Shown here: piece after piece, positions 42,230-53,260 of the stretch | How the letters are laid out: every line of letters starts with the position of its first letter | How positions within the stretch are numbered: the first letter of the stretch is position 1 | Assembly: GCA_964275555.1 (NCBI GenBank) | Contig: CAXYCN010000004.1 | Span: 58,916 to 122,915, forward strand | Source: an uncultured Flavobacteriaceae bacterium | GTDB lineage: Bacteria > Bacteroidota > Bacteroidia > Flavobacteriales > Flavobacteriaceae | Direction: 5' to 3' | Length of the DNA: 64,000 nt | Made by a program: the position numbers and the translations under genes | The notes under the pieces: model-generated | What the model was told of the DNA's origin: nothing | The model's input: the letters and a program-made list of their open reading frames with translations, nothing else | The model's database searches: none

Positions 42230-42703
42230 ATGTCAAAATTTACAAAGAAAAAAGGTAACGAATTACCTCCCGTATCTACAGCATCTTTACCAGATATTGT
42301 ATTTATGTTATTATTCTTTTTTATGGTGGTTACGGTTATGAGGGATACTGAGTTAAAAGTTGAACAAAATCTACCAAAGGCAAACCAAATTGAAAAACTT
42401 AAAAAAGATAGGTCTGTTTTTATTTTTGCTGGAAAACCAAGTCTTCAATACAGAAAGAATTTTGGTGAGGAAGGTAGAATACAAATTGGAGATAAATTCA
42501 CAGATATTTCAAATATAGGATTAGCATTAACAGAAGCAAGAGGGAAACTAAACCCTGAACTCCAAAGTAAAGTAGTTGTTGCTTTAAAAGTGGATGATGA
42601 TACCAATACTGGTTTAGTTACTGATATCAAAGAAAAATTAAGACAACTTAATATGGTAAAAATAATTTATATTACTGCAAGTGGAGATCCAATAGACCAG
42701 TAA
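42230..42703 (+). CDS. exbD: ExbD/TolR family protein (second copy)
   Basis: TASLPDIVFMLLFFFMV TM segment with the conserved Asp. Confidence 0.9.
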   Translation: MSKFTKKKGNELPPVSTASLPDIVFMLLFFFMVVTVMRDTELKVEQNLPKANQIEKLKKDRSVFIFAGKPSLQYRKNFGEEGRIQIGDKFTDISNIGLALTEARGKLNPELQSKVVVALKVDDDTNTGLVTDIKEKLRQLNMVKIIYITASGDPIDQ

Positions 42704-42723
42704 AATTACCGTTAAGATTTATT

Positions 42724-42764
42724 AAATGCCTTTGTTCTGATATCAGAGTTAAGGCATTTTTTTT
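42724..42764 (+). terminator. Rho-independent terminator after the exbD genes
   Basis: AAATGCCTT...AAGGCATTT hairpin followed by a T run. Confidence 0.7.
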
Positions 42765-42824
42765 ATAATTAATTACAACTATCTTTATTGCAAGTTAAAG
42801 AGGACTAAAATTCTTTTTTATGAT

Positions 42825-43523
42825 ATGATGCGATTCTTAATACATACCTTCTTTCTTTTGTTTTCGTCATATACCATTGCTCAGGATTCCATACCTAAAT
42901 TTGAAGGTGATTTATTCTATCGCGAAGATCAGTTTTATATTGGCGTATCCTATAATGTTTTTTCGGTTATTCCATCTGGGATGAATTCTGAAGGTATATC
43001 CGCAGGTTTGCAATTTGGCTTTCTTAGAGATTTCCCTCTCAATAAAAGGTGTAACCTAGCTATTGCTATTGGAGCAGGATTTTCATACGATCAGTATGGT
43101 CAAAATCTAAAAATTAATGAAGATGAACTAGGGAATTCTAGCTATACTATAATAGATTCAAATCAAGACTTTAAGCAAAATAGATTTAGTGTTTCTGTGA
43201 TAGAAGCCCCAATTCAATTAAGATGGAGAAGCTCAACTGTTACAGAATATAAATTTTGGAGAGTTTATGCCGGATTTAGAGTAGGTTATACCATTTGGAA
43301 TCAATCTAAATATAAGGATGTTTTTGAAACTATAAGAATAACTGGTATTTCTGATTTTAATAAATTACGCTTGGGAACCAGTTTAAGTGTGGGTTATAAC
43401 AAGTTTAACCTTTTTGCTTACTATAGTTTAAACCCATTCTTTAATGAAAATGCGGTTACTACTGATGGTCAAAAGGTGAATTTTCATGGAATTAAATTAG
43501 GATTGATTTTTTATATTTTATAA
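42825..43523 (+). CDS. Outer-membrane beta-barrel ('porin family') protein
   Basis: Signal peptide; YREDQFYIGVSYN; EAPIQLRWR; ends GLIFYIL. Confidence 0.8.
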   Translation: MMRFLIHTFFLLFSSYTIAQDSIPKFEGDLFYREDQFYIGVSYNVFSVIPSGMNSEGISAGLQFGFLRDFPLNKRCNLAIAIGAGFSYDQYGQNLKINEDELGNSSYTIIDSNQDFKQNRFSVSVIEAPIQLRWRSSTVTEYKFWRVYAGFRVGYTIWNQSKYKDVFETIRITGISDFNKLRLGTSLSVGYNKFNLFAYYSLNPFFNENAVTTDGQKVNFHGIKLGLIFYIL

Positions 43524-43575
43524 CAATAGTTTACCATTATATTTATTAAAACTTTTAATTAAGGTTATTGATTTC

Positions 43576-44182
43576 TTATAGCCAATAATTAAGAATGACA
43601 ATTTGTGGAATAACACCAATAAAAAATCCGGTAAGTAATTCTGGAATGGTATGTGATTTTGTGTCTAATCTTGAAGAAGCGACCCATCCATTTATTAAGA
43701 AAAAAACTACCGATTTCTAATAAATAATTTTTATTAAAATGAATGCTCAACGCAATTAAGAACATAGTAACACCAGCAACTCCCATTTGATGTAAGCTCA
43801 CTTTAAAATTAAAAATAACTAATACTAACGCCGATATAGTCGTAAATAATATACCCACAAAAAAATAATACATTTCGGGTGATTGATATGAATTAAAAAC
43901 CAATTTAATAATAACAAGAATTAGAAGTATCTGTATCATTAAAGGGAATTTTCTTTCTTGGACTTCTTTTAAATTAATACTTTTAATTAAACCTAAGTTT
44001 TTTAATAAGAAAAAAGAAATTAATGGTATTAAAATAGTAATGATAACAATAGCATAAGTCTTTGTGTTAATTACGTGAGGTTCGATAAATCGGGGAGTTA
44101 AGCCAAAATATAATCTAGCTCCAATTAATGGCATTAATAAAGGGTGAAAAATATATGCGGCACTTCGTAAAAAATAATTCAT
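43576..44182 (-). CDS. PAP2-like membrane protein; +1 frameshift in the A7 run at 43700-43706
   Basis: Removing one base from the homopolymer gives ...GSFFLINGWVASSRLDTKSHTIPELLTGFFIGVIPQIVILNYWL* (stop 43576-43578). This restores a PAP2-like SRxxxxxH motif that pairs with KVSLH. Confidence 0.7.
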
Positions 44183-45646
44183 TATATTTTTTTTCGCAAT
44201 CGAGCCACAGGAACATCTAATTGTTCGCGGTATTTTGCGATTGTTCTGCGCGCAATCGGGTATCCTTTAGTCTTTAGTATAGCTGCAAGTTTATCGTCCG
44301 TTAGAGGCTTTCTTTTGTCTTCTTCTAAAATAATGTTTTTAAGGGTATTTTTTATTTCTCTAGTAGAAACATCTACACCCTGATCATTTTTCATGGATTC
44401 ACTAAAATAGTCTTTGATCAATTTCGTTCCATATGGAGTGTCTACATATTTACTATTTGCTACCCTTGAAACCGTGGAAACATCCATGTTTATTTCATCT
44501 GCAATATTTTTTAAAATCATAGGCTTAAGTTTTTGCTCATCGCCAGTTAAAAAATATTCTTTTTGATGATGCATAATTGCATTCATGGTAATAAATAGGG
44601 TTTGTTGTCTTTGTTTGATAGCATCAATAAACCACTTTGCAGCATCTAACTTTTGTTTAATAAATAAAACAGCATCTTTTTGAGATTTTGTTTTTTGTTT
44701 AGTTATTTTAAAACCTTTTAGCATTTCGCTATAATCTCTAGACACATGTAGGTCGGGAGCATTACGTCCGTTAAGAGTTAGTTGTAGTTCTCCATCTATT
44801 ATTTTAATAGCAAAATCTGGAACAACGTGTTCTACCATTTTAGTATTTCCTGCATAAGAACCTCCAGGTCTGGGATTTAAAATTTCAATTTCATGAATAG
44901 CTGAACGTAATCGTTCTTCTGTAATGGAATATTTTGAAAGTAGTTTCTTGTAATGTTTTTTTGTAAATTGTTCAAAGGATTCTTCTATTAACCGAATTGC
45001 TATCGAAATCGCTTCGGAGGTATTTTTTCTTTTTAATTGTATTAATAAACATTCTTGAAGGTTTTTTGCTCCAACTCCTGCGGGGTCTAAATCTTGTACA
45101 ATTTTTATGATTTTAACTATTTCGTCTCTCAGTGGTGAATATATTTTGAGTAAAGGCTAAATCATCGACAATATCCATTAGATCTCTACGTATATAACCA
45201 CCTTCATCTACACTACCTACTAAAAATCCAGCAATTTCTTTTTCCTCCTCATTAAATCGATACGTGTTTAATTGCTGTAATAAATATTGATTGAAAGAAG
45301 TCCCGGAGGCATAGGGTATTTGTTTATCCTCGTCATCTGGGCTGTAATTATTGGCAGATAACTTATAATTTGGAGTTTCGTCATCACTTAAATATTCGTC
45401 AATATTTATATCAGATTCAATAAGCTCATTACCATCATCTATTTCACTGTCATATTCTTCATTACTAAAATCATCATCATATTCATCTTTTTCGTCTTTC
45501 CCTCCTTCAAGAGCTGGATTTTCTTCAATTTCTTGCGATATTCGTTGTTCAAATGCCTGTGTTGGTAGTTGAATAAGTTTCATCAACTGAATCTGTTGAG
45601 GAGATAACTTTTGAGAAAGTTTAAAATTTAATTGTTGTTTTAGCAT
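44182..45646 (-). CDS. rpoN: RNA polymerase sigma-54 factor; split by a net +1 frameshift near 45125-45130
   Basis: N-terminus MLKQ..QKLSPQQIQLMKLIQLP..ENPALE. The other frame continues DEIVKIIKIVQDLDPAGVGAKNLQECLL, through the HTH STVSRV, to the RpoN box ARRTIAKYRE. Confidence 0.93.
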
Positions 45647-45738
45647 GCCTATTTCTATCTTATAAAAATAAAAAAAACAATCTACATATTAAGGATGAAG
45701 ATTGTTTTTAATATACAAGAGATATAACGATAGTTTTA

Positions 45739-47182
45739 TTAAAAACTTGCGTTGCCTGGTGTACGAGGATAAGGAATTACATCTCTAATATTACCCATAC
45801 CAGTTACAAACTGTACTAATCTTTCGAAACCTAGTCCAAAACCACTATGAACCGCTGTTCCAAATTTACGTAAGTCTAAATACCAATACAATTCTTCTTC
45901 GTCGATATCTAGGTCAGCCATTTTTTTCCTTAACACATCATAACGCTCTTCTCTTTGAGATCCGCCAACAATTTCTCCAATGCCTGGGAATAGAACATCC
46001 ATAGCTCTTACCGTCTTTCCGTCATCATTTAGACGCATGTAAAAGGCCTTGATATTTGCGGGATAGTCAAAAAGAATTACCGGACATTTAAAGTGTTTTT
46101 CAACTAAATAACGTTCGTGTTCACTTTGTAAATCCGCACCCCATTCTTCAATAATATATTTGAATTTTTTCTTTTTGTTAGGTTTGCTATTTTTTAAAAT
46201 ATCTATAGCTTCCGTATAACTAACTCTTTTAAAATTATTTTCTCCAATAAAAGCTAATTTATCTCTTAGAGACATTTCACTTCTTTCTCCTTGAGGCTTG
46301 CTTTTTTCTTCTTGAAGTAAACGTTGTTCTAAAAATTCTAAATCGTCTTTACAATTTTCCAGCGCATAGTTTACTACATATTTAATAAAGTCTTCTGCTA
46401 GATCCATATTCTGATCTAAATCGTTAAAAGCGACTTCTGGTTCGATCATCCAAAATTCAGCTAAATGACGAGAAGTATTAGAATTTTCAGCTCTAAAAGT
46501 AGGTCCAAAAGTATATACTTTACCTAATGCCATCGCATACGTTTCTGCTTCCAATTGACCACTTACCGTCAAGTTTGTTTCTTTCTCAAAGAAATCTTGT
46601 TTGTAATCTATATTTCCGGCTTCATCTAAAGGTGGATTTTTAGGGTCTAGGGCTGAAACACGAAACATTTCCCCAGCACCTTCAGCATCACTTCCGGTTA
46701 CAATAGGAGTGTTCATATAATTAAAACCGTTTTTCTGAAAATATTCATGAACCGCAAAAGCCAGTTTAGATCGAGTTCTCATTACTGCACTAAATGTATT
46801 GGTGCGAATTCGTAAATGAGCTTCTTCTCTTAATTTTTCAAGAGAATGCCTTTTTGGGGAAATAATAGTTAGTTTTACTTCTTCTGGATCAGCTTCACCT
46901 AAAATTTCAACCTTTGAGACTTGAATTTCAACTTTTTGTCCTTGTCCTTGACTTTCCACTATCGTGCCAAAAACCTGAACAGCTGCTCCTACAGTAATTT
47001 TCTTTAATAAAGATTCTTCAAAATTCTTCAAAATTAACAACACATTGCAAATTTTTTATGGTAGAACCATCATTTAGAGCAATAAAACGATTGCTTCTAA
47101 AAGCTCTTACCCATCCGTTGATACTTATTTCTGTTGGAGAGGGTTTTGTTTCTAATAAATGTATAATTCTTTTTTGTTGCAT
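45739..47182 (-). CDS. asnS: Asparagine--tRNA ligase; split by a +1 frameshift near 47020-47023
   Basis: N-terminus MQQKRII..NGWVRAFRSNRFIALNDGS..QCVVNFEEF, then TGA. The other frame has LTVSGQLE, FRAENSNTSRHLAEFWMIEPE and HSGFGLGFER. Deleting one T of GAA-TTTT-GAA joins the frames. Confidence 0.95.
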
Positions 47183-47236
47183 GATTTTTATTTTGATTAA
47201 CAAAGATACTTTTACTTATAAAAAAATAAAAATGAG

Positions 47237-49639
47237 TTATGAATTTTCGTTTTCTTCTTCTAACTCAGTATCAGATAATATTTGAATACTTGGTTTTTTT
47301 AGTGTTTTCCTATTGGCTATACTTCTTTCAAATGATAATAATAAAGAAGGAAGTAATAATAGATTGGATAACATTGCAAATAATAAGGTAATGGACACTA
47401 AAATCCCTAATGCTACGGTTCCTCCAAAACTTGAAATGGCAAATACTGAAAAACCGAAAAACAAAACAATTGAAGTATATAGCATACTTACACCGGTTTC
47501 TCTTAATGCTGCATAAACAGATTTTCTAATTTTCCAATGATTTGCAATCAGTTCTTGTCGGTATTTTGCTAAAAAATGAATGGTATCATCTACTGAAATA
47601 CCAAAGGCAATACTAAAAACTAATATGGTTGAAGGTTTTATGGGCACTCCTATATATCCCATAAGTCCTGCAGTAATAATTAAGGGTAATAAATTAGGAA
47701 TTAGCGATACTAAAATCATTTTAAAACTCCTGAACATCCAAGCCATAAAAAGGGCAATTAATAAGATTGCTAGTGATAAAGATAGAATCAAATTATTGAC
47801 TAAGTATTTTGTTCCTTTCTGAAATACCAATGCTTTTCCAGTTACGATTACATTGTAACGTTCTTCAGGAAATATTTTTTTAATTTCAGACTTTAAATCT
47901 TCTTCAATACGGTCAAACCTTTTCGTTTCTGTATCTTTCATAAAGGTAGTGATGCGAGCATATTGACCAGTGCTATCTACATAGTTATCTAAAAAGGCAG
48001 GGTTCTTGGTACTGCTGTTTGCATAAGAAAGTAAAAAAGTTCGTTCTTGACTATTGGGTAATTGATAATACTCCGGATTGTTGTTGTAGTATGCCTGTTT
48101 GGAGAATTTCACTAACTCTACTACCGATAAAGGTTTGGATAACTCTGGAACTCCTTGAATATAGTTTTGAAGTTTATCCATACGTTTTAATGTAGCAAGG
48201 CTCATTACTCCTTTCTTTCTTTTGGTATCTATTAATATCTCTAATGGCATAATACCTTCGAACTCTTTTTCAAAAAATTTGATATCACTAAAAAATTCTG
48301 TTTTTTTTGGCATGTCTTCAATAATACTGCCTGAAATACCAATATTAAAAATACCAATAATACTTATACAGAGTATCGTTATAGAACTAATATAAATAGC
48401 AATTCGATGGTTTCTAACCATATGTTCAGTCCAGTCTACAAATTGATTGATCCATTTTTTCCCTAAATGTTTTAAATGCTTATCCTTTGGAGGGGGCATA
48501 AAACTGTACATTATCGGGATGATAAAAAGACTTAATAAAAATATAGTTATAATATTAATGGAAGCAACAACACCAAATTCTTTTAATAATTTACTGTTGG
48601 TAAGTATAAAAGTAGCAAAACCAGAAGCAGTTGTTAAATTGGTCATTAAGGTTGCATTACCAACCTTTGTAATTACTCGTTGTAACGATTTTGCTTTATT
48701 GCCATGAAGTTTAATTTCTTGTTGGTATTTATTTATTAGAAATATACAATTTGGTATTCCAATAACAATAATCAAAGGAGGAATTAATGCAGTAAGGACC
48801 GTGATTTCGTACTGCAATAGTCCTAGTATTCCGAAAGCCCACATGACTCCAATAATTACCGTAAACATTGCAATGATAGTAGCTCTAAATGATCTGAAGA
48901 AAAAGAAAAATAATAAAGAGGTAACCAATAAAGCAGCTCCTATAAATAATCCAATTTCATCTATTATATTTTGAGAGTTAAGAGTTCGAATATAGGGCAT
49001 CCCAGAGGTATGAACTTTTATTCCTGTTTCTTCTTCAAATTCTTCTATGATAGGGATTAGATCATTTATTATAAAATCTTTTCGAATGGAAGTATTTATA
49101 ATAGACTTGTCCATGTAAATAGCAGTTCTAATGGATTGCTTATTTGGACTATAAACTAATCCCTCGTAAAAAGGAAGTTTGTTAAAAAGTTCGTATTTAT
49201 ATTGTTTAAGAGATTCGTTTGTGAAAACAGAATCTTTAATAAAGGGAACTAAATTAAAAGCAGTAGTATCTTTCCTTTTCTCAAGTTTTAATAGGTCACC
49301 TACAGAAATAGTAAAATCTATTTCTTTATATTTCATTAAGTCTTTTGATAATTTATTCCAAGCTATAAATTTTTCAGGAGTAAATAGTGTTGAATCTTTT
49401 ATTCCTAGAATAACTAAATTGCCTTCTTCACCAAATTCTCCTAAAAATTTATTGTATTCAACATTGATATAATGGTCGTCTGGTAATAAATTAGCCTCTG
49501 TTGTTGAAAAACGCATATTGTCCCATTGTGTAGACAATGCAAAGGTAATTGCTGCAATTAAGATTAATAGAAATGTTCTATTTCTTAAAATAAATCGTGC
49601 TAGTGCACTCCAAAATCCCATGCTAAAAAGTTTATTCAA
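47237..49639 (-). CDS. MMPL/RND family transporter (TTG start)
   Basis: 800 aa with two repeats of TM plus periplasmic domain; FGISVDDTIHF; TNLTTASGF. Confidence 0.88.
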   Translation of the reverse strand: MNKLFSMGFWSALARFILRNRTFLLILIAAITFALSTQWDNMRFSTTEANLLPDDHYINVEYNKFLGEFGEEGNLVILGIKDSTLFTPEKFIAWNKLSKDLMKYKEIDFTISVGDLLKLEKRKDTTAFNLVPFIKDSVFTNESLKQYKYELFNKLPFYEGLVYSPNKQSIRTAIYMDKSIINTSIRKDFIINDLIPIIEEFEEETGIKVHTSGMPYIRTLNSQNIIDEIGLFIGAALLVTSLLFFFFFRSFRATIIAMFTVIIGVMWAFGILGLLQYEITVLTALIPPLIIVIGIPNCIFLINKYQQEIKLHGNKAKSLQRVITKVGNATLMTNLTTASGFATFILTNSKLLKEFGVVASINIITIFLLSLFIIPIMYSFMPPPKDKHLKHLGKKWINQFVDWTEHMVRNHRIAIYISSITILCISIIGIFNIGISGSIIEDMPKKTEFFSDIKFFEKEFEGIMPLEILIDTKRKKGVMSLATLKRMDKLQNYIQGVPELSKPLSVVELVKFSKQAYYNNNPEYYQLPNSQERTFLLSYANSSTKNPAFLDNYVDSTGQYARITTFMKDTETKRFDRIEEDLKSEIKKIFPEERYNVIVTGKALVFQKGTKYLVNNLILSLSLAILLIALFMAWMFRSFKMILVSLIPNLLPLIITAGLMGYIGVPIKPSTILVFSIAFGISVDDTIHFLAKYRQELIANHWKIRKSVYAALRETGVSMLYTSIVLFFGFSVFAISSFGGTVALGILVSITLLFAMLSNLLLLPSLLLSFERSIANRKTLKKPSIQILSDTELEEENENS

Positions 49640-49770
49640 CGTATTGTTTAATATTGATTTCTATATGTTTTTAGAAAGGTCCAAAGGTATTAAATTACGC
49701 TATAACTATATAGGCTTATGCAGTTTAAATACAAGTTGAATAAAATACAAATTTATAATAGCTTGGCAAT

Positions 49771-49795
49771 AAAAAAACGGCTTTTGAGCCGCTTT
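49771..49795 (-). terminator. Terminator after frr
   Basis: CGGCT-tttg-AGCCG stem with an A7 run on the left (U tail on the - strand). Confidence 0.6.
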
Positions 49796-49818
49796 AATTA
49801 TTTTTAGAACTGTATTTT

Positions 49819-50373
49819 TTAAACAGTCATAATTTCTTTTTCTTTTAAAGAGAACACTGCATCAATTTTAATAATGTGATTATCCGTCATTTTTTGAACA
49901 TCCATTTCAAGATTTTTTGCTAAATCTTCAGAAATAGTTGCTTTCTTTATTTCGTTATTGGCGTGTTTACGGTCATTTCGTACCCCCACTTTTGTTTCTT
50001 CTGCTTCTGCCTTTGCTTGTTTTACCAATTCTATTCTTCTCTCTTCAGTTAAAGGGGGAACATTGATAATTACACTTTCCCCATTATTCATTGGGTTGAA
50101 GCCAATATTAGCCAAATGAATTCCTTTTTCAATTTCAGGAATTAAAGATTTTTCCCAGGGTTGTATAGAAATTGTCATACCATCTGGAGTCGAAACATTG
50201 GCAACTTGACTAATTGGTGTTGGAGTACCATAATAATCGACCATTACGCTAGATACCATGGAAGGCATTGCTTTTCCAGCTCTAATATTTATGAATTTCT
50301 TTGTAAGGTGCATTAGAGCATTATCCATTCCTTCTTTAGTGCTATCAATTATAAATTGTACTTCTTCGTCCAT
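49819..50373 (-). CDS. frr: Ribosome recycling factor
   Basis: IRAGKA, VDYYGTPTP and PPLTEERR. Confidence 0.97.
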   Translation of the reverse strand: MDEEVQFIIDSTKEGMDNALMHLTKKFINIRAGKAMPSMVSSVMVDYYGTPTPISQVANVSTPDGMTISIQPWEKSLIPEIEKGIHLANIGFNPMNNGESVIINVPPLTEERRIELVKQAKAEAEETKVGVRNDRKHANNEIKKATISEDLAKNLEMDVQKMTDNHIIKIDAVFSLKEKEIMTV

Positions 50374-50452
50374 GACTGTTAATCTTTAATTTTGCCTAAA
50401 ATAATTTAACAACACAAATTTAATATTTTTTAAGCAATTAATATTCTACTAA

Positions 50453-51160
50453 TTATATATTTACTTTAGTTCCTATGTTTTCTCCAGAAACCACTTTTAA
50501 TAAATTTCCTCTGGTATTCATATCAAAAACGACAATGGGTAATTGATTTTCTTGACTCAGAGTAAAAGCAGTAGTATCCATTACTTTTAGTCCTTTTTTA
50601 AGAACATCGTCAAAGCTAATAAAATCAAATTTTGTTGCTTTCGAATCTTTTTCGGGATCGCTAGAGTAAATTCCATCCACACGTGTTCCTTTTAAAATTA
50701 CATCTGCTTTAATTTCAATTGCTCTCAATACAGCAGCAGAGTCGGTAGTGAAATAGGGGTTACCAGTTCCTCCTCCAAATATTACAACTCTTCCTTTCTC
50801 TAAATGTCGTAAAGCCCTACGTCTAATAAAAGGTTCTGCAACTTCATTAATTTTGACAGCACTTTGTAGTCGAGTTGGAATTCCTTCATCTTCTAAGGCA
50901 CCTTGTAATGCTAAACCATTGATAACAGTTGCTAACATACCCATATGATCTCCTTGCACACGATCCATACCTTTGCTGGCTCCAGCTAAACCTCTAAAAA
51001 TATTGCCTCCACCAATTACAATGGCAATTTCTAATCCTTTTTCGGTTAATTGTTTAATATCTTCGGCATATTCTTTTAGACGGTCAGGATCGATACCGTA
51101 TTGGCGATTGCCCATTAATGCCTCACCAGATAGTTTTAAAAGTATTCTTTTGTATTGCAT
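50453..51160 (-). CDS. pyrH: UMP kinase
   Basis: [30 protein letters not shown] and VMDTTA. Confidence 0.97.
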   Translation of the reverse strand: MQYKRILLKLSGEALMGNRQYGIDPDRLKEYAEDIKQLTEKGLEIAIVIGGGNIFRGLAGASKGMDRVQGDHMGMLATVINGLALQGALEDEGIPTRLQSAVKINEVAEPFIRRRALRHLEKGRVVIFGGGTGNPYFTTDSAAVLRAIEIKADVILKGTRVDGIYSSDPEKDSKATKFDFISFDDVLKKGLKVMDTTAFTLSQENQLPIVVFDMNTRGNLLKVVSGENIGTKVNI

Positions 51161-51222
51161 ATTCTAATTTTGTTATGCGAAAATAAAGAAAAAAAGTGTT
51201 CAACCCTAAGAAGAAAATTAGG

Positions 51223-51264
51223 AATAAAAAAAACCGACCTAAAAATAGATCGGTTTTTTTTATT
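51223..51264 (-). terminator. Terminator after tsf
   Basis: AATAAAAAAAACCGA...TCGGTTTTTTTTATT. Confidence 0.75.
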
Positions 51265-51280
51265 ATATGTAAAAATTTAC

Positions 51281-52243
51281 TTATCCTAAAGTAACTCTTT
51301 CAAAAGAAACAACTTCGTTTCCTTTAGAAGTTACGTAATTCGCAACACTTTGTTTTTCGTCTTTAATAAAGTTTTGATCTAATAAACATTTCTCTTGGTC
51401 AAGTGTCGTGTTATCAGAAATAAAACGTTCTAATTTACCAGGAAGAATTCTGTCCCAGATTTGTTCTGGTTTACCTTCAGCTTTTAACTCTTCTTGCAAA
51501 CTAGTTTTAGCAGCTTCTAATATTTCATCAGTTAATTGAGCTCTAGAAATATATTCAGGTACATTAATTAGGTGTTTTCCTAAACGTCCTCTTTCTATAT
51601 TGTCTTTTTCGATTACAGCAATTCTAGCCTCTGTTTCCGAAGCAACAAATGCAGGATCAAAATCTTTGTAAGATAAAGTAGTAGCTCCCATAGAAGCAAC
51701 TTGCATTGCAATATCCTTAGCAACTACATCAGCACTATTTTCACCAGAAGTCAATCCAACTAAAGCAGCAATTTTATAACCGTGAATATAAGCACCTACA
51801 AAAGGAGCACTCAATTTTTTAAAGTCATTAATTTGAACTTTTTCTCCAATAACTCCAGTTTGCTCAATCATTTTTTCTGCAACAGTCATACCACCAAAAT
51901 CTGCATTTAAGAAAGATTCTTGATCGTTACAGTTAATTGCTAATTCAGCTAAGCTTTTTGCCAAGGCTACAAAATCATCGTTTTTACCAACAAAATCAGT
52001 TTCACATCCTAATACAATTAAAACACCTTCCGTTTTAGCGTCGTTTACTACTGCTATTGCAGCACCTTCACTAGATGCTCTGTCAGCTCTTTTTTCTGCA
52101 ACCTTTTGTCCTTTTTTACGTAAGATAGATACGGCTTCATCGAAGTTACCGTCAGCTTCTACTAAAGCTTTTTTACAATCCATCATACCAGCACCGGTTG
52201 CATCTCTTAATTTTTTTACGTCTGCGGCTGTTATATTTGCCAT
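51281..52243 (-). CDS. tsf: Translation elongation factor Ts
   Basis: VKKLRDATGAGMMDCKKAL and CETDFV. Confidence 0.97.
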   Translation of the reverse strand: MANITAADVKKLRDATGAGMMDCKKALVEADGNFDEAVSILRKKGQKVAEKRADRASSEGAAIAVVNDAKTEGVLIVLGCETDFVGKNDDFVALAKSLAELAINCNDQESFLNADFGGMTVAEKMIEQTGVIGEKVQINDFKKLSAPFVGAYIHGYKIAALVGLTSGENSADVVAKDIAMQVASMGATTLSYKDFDPAFVASETEARIAVIEKDNIERGRLGKHLINVPEYISRAQLTDEILEAAKTSLQEELKAEGKPEQIWDRILPGKLERFISDNTTLDQEKCLLDQNFIKDEKQSVANYVTSKGNEVVSFERVTLG

Positions 52244-52277
52244 TTTATTGAAATTTTAGTTATTTATTATATTAAAA

Positions 52278-52324
52278 AAAGTCGTTTAAGTTATTTCTGA
52301 AAAGAATAAAACCAAAACGACTTT
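52278..52324 (-). terminator. Hairpin/partial terminator between rpsB and tsf
   Basis: AAAGTCGTTT...AAACGACTTT stem with an A run at 52274-52280. Confidence 0.55.
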
Positions 52325-52343
52325 CGCAAAATTATTCTTTTTT

Positions 52344-53252
52344 TTATTCTTCTTCTGATGAAGGGTCAGTTTTAACCTCTACAGCAGCAGTCTTAACTTC
52401 TTTAGCAGTCTTTACTTCTTTAGTAGTCTTAACCTCCACAGCAGCTACTCTTTTACGAGCAGTTTTTTTCTCAACTACAGGTTTTGCTATTGTTTCTGGT
52501 GTTTCTGGTGTTTCTGATTTTGTCGATGTTGCTTCATTTTTAGCTTTTTCGTCAGCCCCTTTGCGGTTACTTAGACCTTCGATAACAGCATTAGAAACGC
52601 TTGTCATAATTTTATCTATTGATTTTGAAGCATCATCGTTAGATGGGATCACATAATCAATTACGTTAGGATCACAATTGGTATCTACCATTGCGAAAAT
52701 TGGAATTTTTAATTTCAATGCTTCAGCAACTGCAATATGTTCACGAGTTGTATCTACAACAAATAAAGCTCCTGGAAGACGTGTCATATCAGAAATAGAA
52801 CCTAAATTTTTCTCTAATTTAGCACGAGAACGATCTACCGCTAAACGCTCTTTTTTAGATAATGAATTAAATGTTCCATCTTCTTTAGAACGATCGATTA
52901 AAGCCATTTTTTTAACAGCTTTTCTAATTGTTACGAAATTGGTAAGCATTCCACCTGGCCATCTTTCAGTAATGTAAGGCATGTTTGCTTTTCCTGCTTT
53001 TTCAGCAACAATATCTTTAGCTTGTTTTTTGGTAGCTACGAAAAGAATCTTTCTTCCGCTAGCTGCAATTTTTGTAAGAGCTTCGTTAGCTTCTGCTAGT
53101 TTTGCAGTAGTTTTGTAAAGATTGATAATGTGGATTCCATTACGCTCCATATAGATATACGGTGCCATGTTAGGATTCCATTTTCTGGTTAGGTGACCAA
53201 AGTGTACACCTGCGTCAAGTAACTCTTTTACTTGTTCGTTGTTGTTTGCCAT
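52344..53252 (-). CDS. rpsB: 30S ribosomal protein S2 with low-complexity C-terminal extension
   Basis: AGVHFGH, WNPNM, ERWPGGMLTNF, DTNCDP and PSNDDA. Confidence 0.97.
   Translation of the reverse strand: MANNNEQVKELLDAGVHFGHLTRKWNPNMAPYIYMERNGIHIINLYKTTAKLAEANEALTKIAASGRKILFVATKKQAKDIVAEKAGKANMPYITERWPGGMLTNFVTIRKAVKKMALIDRSKEDGTFNSLSKKERLAVDRSRAKLEKNLGSISDMTRLPGALFVVDTTREHIAVAEALKLKIPIFAMVDTNCDPNVIDYVIPSNDDASKSIDKIMTSVSNAVIEGLSNRKGADEKAKNEATSTKSETPETPETIAKPVVEKKTARKRVAAVEVKTTKEVKTAKEVKTAAVEVKTDPSSEEE
52368..52517 (-). repeat. In-frame tandem repeats in the rpsB tail
   Basis: EVKT occurs four times (AAVEVKTTKEVKTAKEVKTAAVEVKT; 18-bp period in the middle). TGTTTCTGG/A occurs three times at 52491-52517 (SET PET PET). 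Confidence 0.8.
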
Positions 53253-53260
53253 TTTTGTAA

